Origin: an uncultured Gammaproteobacteria bacterium
Lineage (GTDB): Bacteria > Patescibacteriota > Patescibacteriia > Patescibacteriales > GWC2-42-12
Length of the DNA: 64,000 nt
Assembly (NCBI GenBank): GCA_964560005.1
Contig: CAZLKB010000002.1
Coordinates: 381 to 64,380 of the forward strand
Direction of reading: 5' to 3'
This document shows, piece after piece, positions 1 through 8,276 of the stretch. Below the pieces are notes generated by a model, which was not told the DNA's origin, searched no databases, and saw nothing but the letters and a program-made list of their open reading frames with translations. The translations under genes were made by a program, and so were the position numbers. How positions within the stretch are numbered: the first letter of the stretch is position 1; every line of letters begins with the position of its first letter.

Positions 1-47
1 TGAGTACGAAGAGGCCGTGGGCAGGTATGCTTGCCGATGAAGTAATA

Positions 48-85
48 GGGAGACGCGACATCTCGCGCCTCCCTTTCGCTTTTAA
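48..85 (+). terminator. hairpin plus T-rich tail upstream of first gene
   Basis: gggag-a-cgcga catc tcgcg-c-ctccc followed by tttcgctttt. Confidence 0.45.
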
Positions 86-122
86 AGTTTTACGGCTTTT
101 TATTTGAATAAAAAGACTCTTC

Positions 123-980
123 ATGCCCTCTAAGCTATATAAAATTCTACTCATTCTAGGAATAGCCGCTTGCCTAGCCGCTATTCCTTTATTTTGGTTA
201 ACCTATAATGCGCCGAAAAACCTGGAAGTGGATTTTTTGGAAGTGGGTCAAGGCGATGCGATTTTAATTAAAACGCCGGGCGGGCAGAATATTTTAATAG
301 ACGGCGGGCCGGATAAAACCGTGGTCAGGCGCTTGGGCGAAAACTTGCCCTGGTGGGATAAGCGGATTGACTTAATGGTTTTAACCCATCCGCACGACGA
401 TCATGTTACCGGTCTAATAGAAGTTTTAATAAGATACCAAGTCAAGAAAATATTATATACCGGCGCAACGCATAACGCGCCTAATTATTTAAGCTGGCTA
501 AAGACCGTTCGGGATAAAAAAGTACCCATGACGATTATTGATAGAGAGCAGACTATAAATTTGGGCCAGGGTGTTAATTTAGAAATATTATACCCGGATG
601 AAAGTTTTTTGAATAAAACCGTTGATGATCTAAACGACAGTTCAATGGTGGCCAAGTTAATTTACGGCCAAACTAAAATTTTACTGACCGGCGACGCCGG
701 ATTGGCGGTGGAAAAAATATTAGTAGATAAAGGCGTGGATTTAAGCGCCGGCGTTTTAAAAGTCGGCCATCACGGTTCGCAATACTCTTCGGGCGAAGAT
801 TTTTTAGAAAAAGTTAAGCCCGATTTTGCCGTCATCCAGGTTGGCGAAGGCAATCAATTCGGCCATCCTAATTTAAGAATTATAAAGCGGCTGGAGCGGG
901 CGGGCGCGCGGATTCATCGGACGGATTTAACCGGCACAGTTCGGTTAATCAGCGATGGAGAAAATATAAGCCTAAGATAA
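123..980 (+). CDS. MBL-fold metallo-hydrolase, ComEC C-terminal-domain type, with N-terminal TM helix
   Basis: 285-aa ORF; HPHDDH metal motif, DFLEVGQGDAILI and KVGHHGS motifs typical of the ComEC/Rec2 beta-lactamase-like domain. Confidence 0.75.
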   Translation: MPSKLYKILLILGIAACLAAIPLFWLTYNAPKNLEVDFLEVGQGDAILIKTPGGQNILIDGGPDKTVVRRLGENLPWWDKRIDLMVLTHPHDDHVTGLIEVLIRYQVKKILYTGATHNAPNYLSWLKTVRDKKVPMTIIDREQTINLGQGVNLEILYPDESFLNKTVDDLNDSSMVAKLIYGQTKILLTGDAGLAVEKILVDKGVDLSAGVLKVGHHGSQYSSGEDFLEKVKPDFAVIQVGEGNQFGHPNLRIIKRLERAGARIHRTDLTGTVRLISDGENISLR

Positions 981-1036
981 AATTTTAGGTTTCTAATAAA
1001 TTGGAAGTTTTATTTAGACTTTAGCTTAAATAGAAT

Positions 1037-1064
1037 TTGCACTTTTTTGAATTAATGCTATAAT
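1037..1064 (+). promoter_or_regulatory. candidate sigma-70 promoter (TTGCAC-N16-TGcTATAAT)
   Basis: ttgcac at 1037-1042, extended -10 tgctataat at 1056-1064. Confidence 0.4.
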
Positions 1065-1194
1065 TTATAATAAATCATAGGGTGAGAGGTAATTTATCCA
1101 GCACCTTCCGGAATACCTTGCGGTCTTTGCCGCAAGGATGAATCCAGCGCCAGTTTGGTGCTGGATGAATGGAACTTTTTATTTTCGCAGGGTC

Positions 1195-1222
1195 AATACC
1201 CTGTGGTGAAGGTGCTTGGATT
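1195..1222. repeat. left arm of 28-nt inverted repeat bracketing the response-regulator ORF
   Basis: reverse complement of 1629-1656 at 27/28 positions. Confidence 0.85.
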
Positions 1223-1242
1223 AATTTTTAAAAGAAAAATGT

Positions 1243-1629
1243 ATGGCAGAAATCAATAAAACAATTTTACTAGTGGAAGACGACGCCATGATTAGCTCCA
1301 TATATAAGGCGAAATTTGAAGCCGATGGTTTTAAAGTTTTAATCGCTCCGGACGGAGCTAGCGGGCTAGCCTCGGCTAAAAAAGACAAGCCGGATATTAT
1401 CATGCTGGATGTAATTTTACCCGGACTGGACGGCTTTTCGGTTCTAGAGGAAGTAAAGAAAGATAAAATCACTAAAGACATCCCGGTGGTGATGCTGACT
1501 AATTTGGGCACCGAAGAGGATAAAACCAAGGGGCAAAAAATGGGCGCCATGGATTATTTAATTAAAGCCAGCTTAACCCCGGCTCAGGTTAGCGATAGAA
1601 TCGAAGAAATTTTAAAGGCTAATAAATAA
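1243..1629 (+). CDS. single-domain response regulator (CheY-like receiver)
   Basis: 128-aa ORF; LLVEDD, IIMLDVILPGLDG, PVVMLTN and KASL motifs of the REC domain; no output domain. Confidence 0.85.
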   Translation: MAEINKTILLVEDDAMISSIYKAKFEADGFKVLIAPDGASGLASAKKDKPDIIMLDVILPGLDGFSVLEEVKKDKITKDIPVVMLTNLGTEEDKTKGQKMGAMDYLIKASLTPAQVSDRIEEILKANK

Positions 1630-1656
1630 ATCCAAGCACCTTCACCGCAGGGTATT
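1629..1656. repeat. right arm of 28-nt inverted repeat bracketing the response-regulator ORF
   Basis: aatccaagcaccttcaccgcagggtatt, starts at the stop codon. Confidence 0.85.
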
Positions 1657-1760
1657 CCGGAAGTTGCCGGATTAATCGCCGGATGCTCTTGCTTTGACTT
1701 AGTTACCGGCGGCAGGCCGGAGGTTTAGCGAATCATAATGAATAATATTTGAAAAATTAT

Positions 1761-2372
1761 ATGGATCACCCAAAAAAAGAAAGAACCCTGGTAATAATCA
1801 AGCCGGACGGAGTACAAAGATCTCTGATTGGAGAAATTATCAAACGCTACGAGAGGACCGGGCTTAAGCTGGTAGGCTTAAAAATGGTTATTCCGACCGA
1901 AGACGAAGCCGTTAAACATTATTATGGCGTGGGCGGCGACGCCTGGCTGGAGGAAGTCGGCCGGAAAGCCCGGGCGGCTTATGAAAAAAAAGGCTTAAAG
2001 TCTCCTTATAAGACTAATATGGACAACGGCAGAGCGGTGATGATGAGCAATGCTAAATATTTAAGCTCCGGGCCGGTCATTGCCATGATTTTAGAGGGGA
2101 ATGGAGCGGTTGGCCTGGTCAGAAAGATTACCGGAGGCACCGAACCGTTAACCTCGGACGTCGGCACCATCAGGGGAGATTTGACGCTTGACTCCTACGC
2201 CATTGCCGACCTCGACCAAAGAAGCGTAAGAAACTTAATCCATGCTTCCGGTTCCATTGAAGACGCGGAAAAGGAAATAAAATTTTGGTTTAAAAAAGGA
2301 GAGTTGCATAATTATCGGTTGATCCAAGAGCAGATATTGTATGATGTTAATTTGGATGGATTGAAAGAATAG
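1761..2372 (+). CDS. ndk: nucleoside-diphosphate kinase (long form)
   Basis: ERTLVIIKPDGVQRSLIGEIIKRYERTGLKLVGLKM and NLIHASGS motifs; ATG at 1761 preferred over TTG at 1749. Confidence 0.8.
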   Translation: MDHPKKERTLVIIKPDGVQRSLIGEIIKRYERTGLKLVGLKMVIPTEDEAVKHYYGVGGDAWLEEVGRKARAAYEKKGLKSPYKTNMDNGRAVMMSNAKYLSSGPVIAMILEGNGAVGLVRKITGGTEPLTSDVGTIRGDLTLDSYAIADLDQRSVRNLIHASGSIEDAEKEIKFWFKKGELHNYRLIQEQILYDVNLDGLKE

Positions 2373-2404
2373 ATAGAAAATCAGTTTTAATTTGACAAAA
2401 GATG

Positions 2405-2430
2405 AAAGGTTAGCTAACCTTTATTTATAT
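2405..2430 (+). terminator. perfect 18-nt palindrome after ndk
   Basis: aaaggttagctaaccttt followed by atttatat. Confidence 0.4.
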
Positions 2431-2542
2431 GTATAATACCGCTAGTAAAACCATTATCAGCCAAATCATTATTAAGGGCATTATTGCCCGTGGTTTTGGG
2501 GTGGCGGAGATCGGATAAATAAAAAATAAATTTACATAAGAG

Positions 2543-2569
2543 CCGCCCCAAGCACCGGGGCGGTTTTTT
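2543..2569 (+). terminator. rho-independent terminator / attenuator upstream of cimA
   Basis: ccgcccc aagcacc ggggcgg tttttt; upstream ggggtggcgg (2498-2507) can pair with the 5' arm instead. Confidence 0.55.
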
Positions 2570-2693
2570 GTTCTTTACAACGGTTTGATTATCGCAAACG
2601 GCCAAAGAAGACATCGTTAGCCGCTTTCGGTAATGAAATAAATTTAGTAAACAGAAAAACTCTGCCAACAGGCAAAAACAAAAAGAAAAACAT

Positions 2694-4283
2694 ATGGAAC
2701 ATTCAAAACCAGAAGTAGAAATATACGACACGACTCTGCGCGACGGATCGCAGGGCGAAGGGATTAGTTTTTCGGTGATGGATAAATTACGCATCGCCGA
2801 GCGGCTGGACGCCTTCGGGGTGGGCTATATTGAAGGCGGCTGGCCAGGTTCTAATCCAAAGGACATTGAGTTCTTCAAACAGGCGAAGGGCAGGACATTC
2901 AAGAACGCCCGTCTGGCCGCTTTCGGTTCAACGCGGCGCAAGCAGGTCGCGGTGGAGAACGACGAACAGGTACAGCGGCTCTTGGAGGCGGAAACACCGG
3001 TGGTAACGATCTTCGGCAAGAGCTGGTTATTACATGTGCGACAAGTTCTGGGCACCACGCCGACGGAGAATCTTAAAATGATCAGAGATACCGTGGATTA
3101 TCTAAAGGATTCAGGGAAGATCGTGGTTTATGACGCCGAGCATGCCTTTGATGGTTACAAAGATAATCCCGAATATGCCTTAGCTACCTGGACGGAGGCG
3201 GTAAACGCCGGGGTTCATGTGCTGACCTTGTGCGATACCAATGGAGGAACTTTGCCGAGCGAAATTGAGCGGATTGTTCTGGCCGCACGAGCATGCCTAC
3301 TTCCCGGCGGGAAGCTGGGGATTCACACGCACAACGATATCGGCATGGCTGATGCCAACGCCTTAATGGCGGTTGAAGCCGGAGCAGTTCATGTGCAGGG
3401 CACTTTCAACGGCTACGGCGAGCGGACCGGCAACTGCAACTTAACGACTGTTTTGCCCAACCTGGTCTTTAAGATGAAGCGAAATTGCATGCCAGATGGC
3501 TCGTTGGCGCAGTTGCGCGAGGTATCGCAATTCGTGGATCAGATCGCCAATCAGCGTCATGATCCGCGCCAACCCTGGGTAGGCTCAACGGCGTTCGCTC
3601 ATAAGGGCGGTATGCATGTTGACGCGGTGAAGAAGGTTGCCAGCAGTTTTGAACACATTGACCCGACGGTGGTGGGAGTCTCTAGGCGAGTGCTGGTCAG
3701 CGAACTGGCCGGACGGAGCAATATTTTGCTTAAAGCTCGAGAACTGGGTTTCACCCTAACCGAAGATATGCCGGAACTAAGATTAATATTGGTTCGGGTC
3801 AAACTCTTGGAAAACGAGGGCATTGAGTTCGAGGCGGCTGAAGCTTCGCTGGCGTTGCTGATTAGTAATATCCTTACGTCCGGGTCGCCGCCTTTTACCG
3901 TCGCCGGTTATCATGTCTCCATGCGCCGAGGCGACTCTGATTCAGTCTGCGAAGCTACCATTAAAGTGCGTGTCGGCGAACAAACTTCTCACAAAGTCGC
4001 GGAAGGCGACGGTCCGGTCAACGCGCTGGATTCGGCCTTGCGAGCGGCGCTGGTGGAGTTTTATCCGCAACTCCAGCATGTCGGGTTGACCGACTATAAG
4101 GTACGCATTCGGGACAGCGCCAGCGGTACAGCGGCGATTACTCGGGTTTTAATCGAGTCTTCGGACGGGCATGATGAATGGGGCACGGTCGGCGCCAGCG
4201 AGAATATCGTTGAGGCTAGCTTAATGGCGCTGGAAGACAGCTATGCCTACGCCTTATTAAAGAGCGTAAAAAAGGAGGAGTAA
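2694..4283 (+). CDS. cimA: citramalate synthase / 2-isopropylmalate synthase family (CimA-type, with C-terminal LeuA-dimer-like regulatory domain)
   Basis: 529-aa ORF; EIYDTTLRDGSQGEGISFS, HTHNDIGMADAN and GERTGNCNL motifs. Confidence 0.8.
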   Translation: MEHSKPEVEIYDTTLRDGSQGEGISFSVMDKLRIAERLDAFGVGYIEGGWPGSNPKDIEFFKQAKGRTFKNARLAAFGSTRRKQVAVENDEQVQRLLEAETPVVTIFGKSWLLHVRQVLGTTPTENLKMIRDTVDYLKDSGKIVVYDAEHAFDGYKDNPEYALATWTEAVNAGVHVLTLCDTNGGTLPSEIERIVLAARACLLPGGKLGIHTHNDIGMADANALMAVEAGAVHVQGTFNGYGERTGNCNLTTVLPNLVFKMKRNCMPDGSLAQLREVSQFVDQIANQRHDPRQPWVGSTAFAHKGGMHVDAVKKVASSFEHIDPTVVGVSRRVLVSELAGRSNILLKARELGFTLTEDMPELRLILVRVKLLENEGIEFEAAEASLALLISNILTSGSPPFTVAGYHVSMRRGDSDSVCEATIKVRVGEQTSHKVAEGDGPVNALDSALRAALVEFYPQLQHVGLTDYKVRIRDSASGTAAITRVLIESSDGHDEWGTVGASENIVEASLMALEDSYAYALLKSVKKEE

Positions 4284-4320
4284 AATAACATAACTGCCGC
4301 GACTAAAAAGGCAGCACATA

Positions 4321-4358
4321 GGGGTAAGAGGCTTTTTGCCAATTACCCCTCTTTTTTT
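4321..4358 (+). terminator. rho-independent terminator after cimA
   Basis: aggggtaa ... ttacccct followed by cttttttt. Confidence 0.55.
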
Positions 4359-4397
4359 CTAAAATTAGCTATTTTTCATGAAATTAACTATTAAAAC

Positions 4398-4425
4398 TTG
4401 ATTTTTGTGTTATTTCTGCTATAAT
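4398..4425 (+). promoter_or_regulatory. candidate promoter (TTGATT-N16-TGcTATAAT)
   Basis: ttgatt 4398-4403, tgctataat 4417-4425. Confidence 0.35.
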
Positions 4426-4537
4426 TATCCACAGGTAAGATTAGACTCGCATTCTACCCCGCAATATGCGGGGCCGATTATCCGAATGAGAGTTTAGATG
4501 CCCTCGCCAATGTTGAGTTGATGAAAATTTAAATATT

Positions 4538-4627
4538 ATGATTAAGACCATACAAAAAACTGTTTTCTCATTTAGTTTCTACTGGTATTTTACCCGGAGA
4601 GCAGTTTTTTGTGGTGTTTTAACGTAA
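4538..4627 (+). CDS. possible 29-aa aromatic-rich leader peptide (MIKTIQKTVFSFSFYWYFTRRAVFCGVLT)
   Basis: hand-translated ORF that overlaps segments 1 and 2 of a four-segment alternative-pairing region. Confidence 0.25.
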   Translation: MIKTIQKTVFSFSFYWYFTRRAVFCGVLT

Positions 4628-4661
4628 TTGATTAAGTTAAAACTCACTAGGGAAAACAAAA

Positions 4662-4691
4662 ACTGGCTCTCCGAAAGGCGAGCCAGTTTTG
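4662..4691 (+). terminator. terminator hairpin (segments 3:4 of the attenuator-like region)
   Basis: actggctc tccgaaaggc gagccagt tttg. Confidence 0.5.
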
Positions 4692-4854
4692 TATATTCCG
4701 GGACTCATCTCAAAGATAAAGATAGCTGTATATTATTTTTGAGATGAGCCCCCAAATGTTCTTTAAAACTTAAAGGAGGAGCCCATTATTTCCGCTGCCC
4801 AAGCTAGGGATCGGCGGATGTATTTAAACAACAACAAAAACCAAAACAACAAAT

Positions 4855-5121
4855 ATGGCTAAACAAGCAAAAAATGAAAATGGCAATCCTGTCGGTTTAA
4901 GGATGCTGACGATTAGAGACGCGAAGTGCTATCGGTTTTCCGGGCGTGGACGCGTTATTCTAGTGAAGATAATCTTGCCGATCGGCACTCCGGTCCTGCG
5001 CAAAGAAACCAGGTGGGGGAAAAATGGGCATCGGAAGATGCAGCTGGTAAAGACCGGTTTCATTGAATCAGCCGCGAAGAGGAGGCTGTGGGTTTGCTCG
5101 GAGGATCTGAGAAACATCTAA
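4855..5121 (+). CDS. hypothetical protein (88 aa)
   Basis: ORF in the GC-rich block; CAA-rich leader; start overlaps the stop of a 14-codon upstream ORF (ATGGCTAA). Confidence 0.35.
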   Translation: MAKQAKNENGNPVGLRMLTIRDAKCYRFSGRGRVILVKIILPIGTPVLRKETRWGKNGHRKMQLVKTGFIESAAKRRLWVCSEDLRNI

Positions 5122-5137
5122 TAAAAGAAAGCAGAAC

Positions 5138-5404
5138 ATGAATGGAACTATATTATATCGCAGGGAAAGGCTTCAATTTAAAGGCTCTTTCATTATTCCC
5201 TTAGAAGGGTCGCCTTGCGGCGGAGCTGCTCCGGCCGAGGTGTTGGAAGTACCGGCAGGCACTACGGTTGAGGTAGCCGAAGATTGCGCCTCGCATGTCC
5301 ACGACATCCCGTTCCACTTTACCGAGGCATCGCTTAGACGCCGCGGCAAGGGACTGCCGTTTTTCGCCAGCAGGAGCCAACTCGAGAGAGCGGCGATCGC
5401 ATAA
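5138..5404 (+). CDS. hypothetical protein (88 aa)
   Basis: ORF followed by a good terminator at 5451-5485. Confidence 0.4.
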   Translation: MNGTILYRRERLQFKGSFIIPLEGSPCGGAAPAEVLEVPAGTTVEVAEDCASHVHDIPFHFTEASLRRRGKGLPFFASRSQLERAAIA

Positions 5405-5450
5405 GCGATGGGAAAAACCCGAAGCGGTCGAAGTTCTTGACCAACCACAC

Positions 5451-5485
5451 ACCCGACGAAGCACTAAGCAACGTCGGGTTTTTTA
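5451..5485 (+). terminator. rho-independent terminator
   Basis: cccgacg aagcactaagcaa cgtcggg ttttttat. Confidence 0.7.
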
Positions 5486-5552
5486 TTTGCCAAAGTTGAA
5501 TCAAATAGTTTAATATTATGATATAATGGAATAAGCTGAAGGTTAGGCTCGG

Positions 5553-5623
5553 CGGGCTGTGGTATAACGGTATTACGCATGCATGGGGTGCATGTAACCC
5601 GGGTTCAATTCCCGGCAGCCCGA
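5553..5623 (+). tRNA. tRNA-Pro (anticodon GGG)
   Basis: hand-folded cloverleaf: acceptor CGGGCTG/CAGCCCG, anticodon stem CATGC/GCATG, loop ATGGGGT, T-arm CCGGG TTCAATT CCCGG; no encoded CCA. Confidence 0.85.
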
Positions 5624-5668
5624 CAAAAGCGAAGCGCAATGTATTATATTAAAAATTAACGCGATAAT

Positions 5669-6715
5669 ATGAACAATCAAAAACCGCAATTTTATTTTTT
5701 ATTGTTATTACTGGCCATGACTTTAGTGCTGTCGTATTTCATATTGAGGCCGTTCCTTGTCGCCTTTACCCTAGCCATCGTTTTCGCAGTTTTATTTCAG
5801 CCGCTCTACCGAAAAATTTTTAAGTATTCTTTTAAGCGCGAACCGCTGGCGGCGCTGGCGACGATTATGGTAATTTTATTTCTTATTTTCACGCCTTTGA
5901 TGATCATCGGCTTTCAGATATTTAAAGAGTCCAGAGATTTGTACTTTACCGTCGCCGCCGGAGGCGGGGGAGACAGCTTCTTGGTTTCCTTGAATTACTT
6001 GGCTGAGAGCCTTCATAAGAGTTTCCCGGCTATACCGGAATTTTCTTTAAATTTTGATTTATACCTTAAGCAGGGCTTAAGCTGGATGGTGGCCAATCTG
6101 GGCACGATATTCTCCAATGTCGCCAATCTGATGTTCACGGTTTTTTTATTTTTCATCTCTTTGTATTATTTGCTAAAAGACGGGCCCAGGCTAAGGAAAA
6201 AAATTATCGCCTTAAGCCCGCTGAATGACCGGGACGATGAAATTATCATAAAAAAGCTGGAAATGGCCATGAGCTCTGTGGTTAGGGGAAATTTTTTAAT
6301 CGCTATTATCCAGGGAACATTGACCGCCATCGGCTTCGCCATTTTCGGCGTGCCGAATTTCGTGCTCTGGGGCACGGCCGCGACCGTGGCCTCTCTGATT
6401 CCCAATGTCGGTACCTCGCTGGTTTTTATTCCGGCAATATTCTTATTATTGTTCGGCGGGCACTTTATCACCGCCATCGGGCTGACCATCTGGGGAATTT
6501 TGGCGGTCGGGCTGGTTGATAATCTGCTCGGTCCGAGGCTAATCGGCCGAGGCATGCAGCTTCACCCGCTTTTGATTCTCTTTTCGGTTTTGGGCGGACT
6601 GGGCTTTTTCGGGCCGATCGGCCTGCTCTTGGGCCCGATTATCTTAAGCCTGCTGTTTGTCTTATGGGACATTTTTTCCTTGTGCTATGAATGCAAAAAT
6701 GAGCGATTAGAATAA
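5669..6715 (+). CDS. AI-2E family transporter (PerM/UPF0118-like)
   Basis: 348-aa polytopic membrane ORF with the family-typical layout and the motif LLGPRLIG...LHPL. Confidence 0.75.
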   Translation: MNNQKPQFYFLLLLLAMTLVLSYFILRPFLVAFTLAIVFAVLFQPLYRKIFKYSFKREPLAALATIMVILFLIFTPLMIIGFQIFKESRDLYFTVAAGGGGDSFLVSLNYLAESLHKSFPAIPEFSLNFDLYLKQGLSWMVANLGTIFSNVANLMFTVFLFFISLYYLLKDGPRLRKKIIALSPLNDRDDEIIIKKLEMAMSSVVRGNFLIAIIQGTLTAIGFAIFGVPNFVLWGTAATVASLIPNVGTSLVFIPAIFLLLFGGHFITAIGLTIWGILAVGLVDNLLGPRLIGRGMQLHPLLILFSVLGGLGFFGPIGLLLGPIILSLLFVLWDIFSLCYECKNERLE

Positions 6716-6731
6716 TTTATTTATAACAATT

Positions 6732-8258
6732 ATGCCCAGTTTTAAAAAAATTGTTTTGCCGGGCGTGGTTTTTTTAACCGGCGGCTGCGTCTTAGTTTTA
6801 GAAGTGGTGGCAACCCGAGTTCTATCACCGTATTTCGGCAATACTATCTATACGGTTTCCAGCATTATCGGCGTGATTCTCATGGCTTTAAGCCTGGGCT
6901 ATTATTTCGGCGGCCGATTGGCGGATAGGCGGCCGTCTTCCAGCTGGTTTTTTAGCATAATTTTAATTAGCGGCTTGACCGTGATTTGCCTGGAATTAAT
7001 TATTATTTTTCTTTTGCCGATAATGGGCAATGCTCTTTCATTAATGTACGGCCCGTTAATCACGGCCTTTATCTTATTTTTTTTGCCGGCGCTTCTACTG
7101 GGCACGCTTTCTCCTTACGCTATCAAATTGCAGAATCAAAAATTTCCGGCCTTAGGCATCGGCGCCGTTAGCGGAACTATATTTTTTTGGTCAACCTTGG
7201 GCAGTATCGCCGGCAGCCTGCTCACCGGTTTTGTCTTTATCCCTTACTTCGGCGTTGACAAAATAATCATCGGCGTTGGCTTCTTACTGATCTTGATCGG
7301 ATTAATTCCACTAGCTAAAAACGGCGTTAAATTAAAGAGTTTTTTTCTAATTTTGGCCGTTTTATTTTTTGTCAGCGCTGAATTGCTTATTTTATTGCTC
7401 GTCTGGCGGATTCAACCTGATAATTTGGTCTACTCGCAAGACGGCGTTTATGAAAAACTATTAATTTTTGACGGCGAATATAACGGCCGTCCGGCCAGAT
7501 TTTTTCAGCAAGACCGGAGCCATTCGGCCGCCATGTTTCTCGGCAGCGACGATTTGGTCTATGACTATACGAAATATTACGCTCTATATAAAGTCATTAA
7601 TCCTGAAGCTAAGGCCGCTTTGGTAATCGGCGGCGGCGCGTACTCAATTCCAAAAGCCTTGCTTAAAGAACCGGAGTTGGAAACCGTGGATGTGGCCGAG
7701 ATTGAGCCGTCGCTTTACGGGTTAGGCAAAAAATATTTCCGTGTGCCAGAAGATAGCCGGCTCAAAAATCATGTTGTGGACGGGCGCCGATTTTTGTTTG
7801 AAGCCGATAAAAAATACGATTTAATTTTTAGCGATGTTTATTATTCTTTTTATTCCGTGCCCGTGCATTTTACCACCGAAGAATTCTTTAAATTAGCTAA
7901 AAGCAAATTGAGCGATAGAGGCATTTTTATGGCTAATTTAATCGGTAATCTGGATAGCCGGCCTCCCTCGCTTATTTTTTCGGAAATTAAAACCCTAAGA
8001 GCGGTTTTTCCAAACTGTTATTTTTTCGCGGTGAATTCGCCCGACCTAAAGCATTCACAAAATATTATTTTCGTGGGATTAAATAATAACAAAAAAATAG
8101 ATTTCGGCGATAAATTGATTAGCGATAATCCGGATAAAATTATCAGCCGGGCCGGCGGTAAATTAGTTGATTTGAGCAATATTGATTTTAGCCAATACAC
8201 CGAGTTAACCGATAACTACGCGCCGGTAGAATATTTAACCGCTAAAGTTTTAAATTAA
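6732..8258 (+). CDS. fused membrane domain / spermidine-synthase-like methyltransferase
   Basis: 508 aa; N-terminal ~7 TM helices, C-terminal VIGGGAYSIPK and DLIFSDVY SAM-fold motifs. Confidence 0.7.
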   Translation: MPSFKKIVLPGVVFLTGGCVLVLEVVATRVLSPYFGNTIYTVSSIIGVILMALSLGYYFGGRLADRRPSSSWFFSIILISGLTVICLELIIIFLLPIMGNALSLMYGPLITAFILFFLPALLLGTLSPYAIKLQNQKFPALGIGAVSGTIFFWSTLGSIAGSLLTGFVFIPYFGVDKIIIGVGFLLILIGLIPLAKNGVKLKSFFLILAVLFFVSAELLILLLVWRIQPDNLVYSQDGVYEKLLIFDGEYNGRPARFFQQDRSHSAAMFLGSDDLVYDYTKYYALYKVINPEAKAALVIGGGAYSIPKALLKEPELETVDVAEIEPSLYGLGKKYFRVPEDSRLKNHVVDGRRFLFEADKKYDLIFSDVYYSFYSVPVHFTTEEFFKLAKSKLSDRGIFMANLIGNLDSRPPSLIFSEIKTLRAVFPNCYFFAVNSPDLKHSQNIIFVGLNNNKKIDFGDKLISDNPDKIISRAGGKLVDLSNIDFSQYTELTDNYAPVEYLTAKVLN

Positions 8259-8276
8259 ACATACATTTAAAATTAT

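Noticed and set aside
1-47. A possible 3' end of an upstream gene, for example the membrane part of ComEC.
   Set aside because: Too little sequence is available. Two frames are open, with stops at 38-40 or about 110, so no call is made.
2431-2693. T-box riboswitch upstream of cimA (a ggggtggcgg string near a terminator).
   Set aside because: The leader before the terminator is only about 125 nt. It lacks a recognisable Stem I / specifier loop, AGAGA/GA motif or the UGGUACCGCG T-box core.
2694-5623. Integrated mobile element at tRNA-Pro.
   Set aside because: There is no integrase or excisionase and no direct repeat of the tRNA 3' end. The GC-rich block also lies 5' of the tRNA rather than at its 3' end. 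Only compositional oddity remains, and that is reported as a finding.
5334-5639. Minus-strand 101-aa ORF and other overlapping small ORFs at 5173-5513.
   Set aside because: It overlaps tRNA-Pro and the terminator. It is one of several mutually overlapping frames in a GC-rich stretch. Only the + strand ORF that ends at the terminator is retained, at low confidence.
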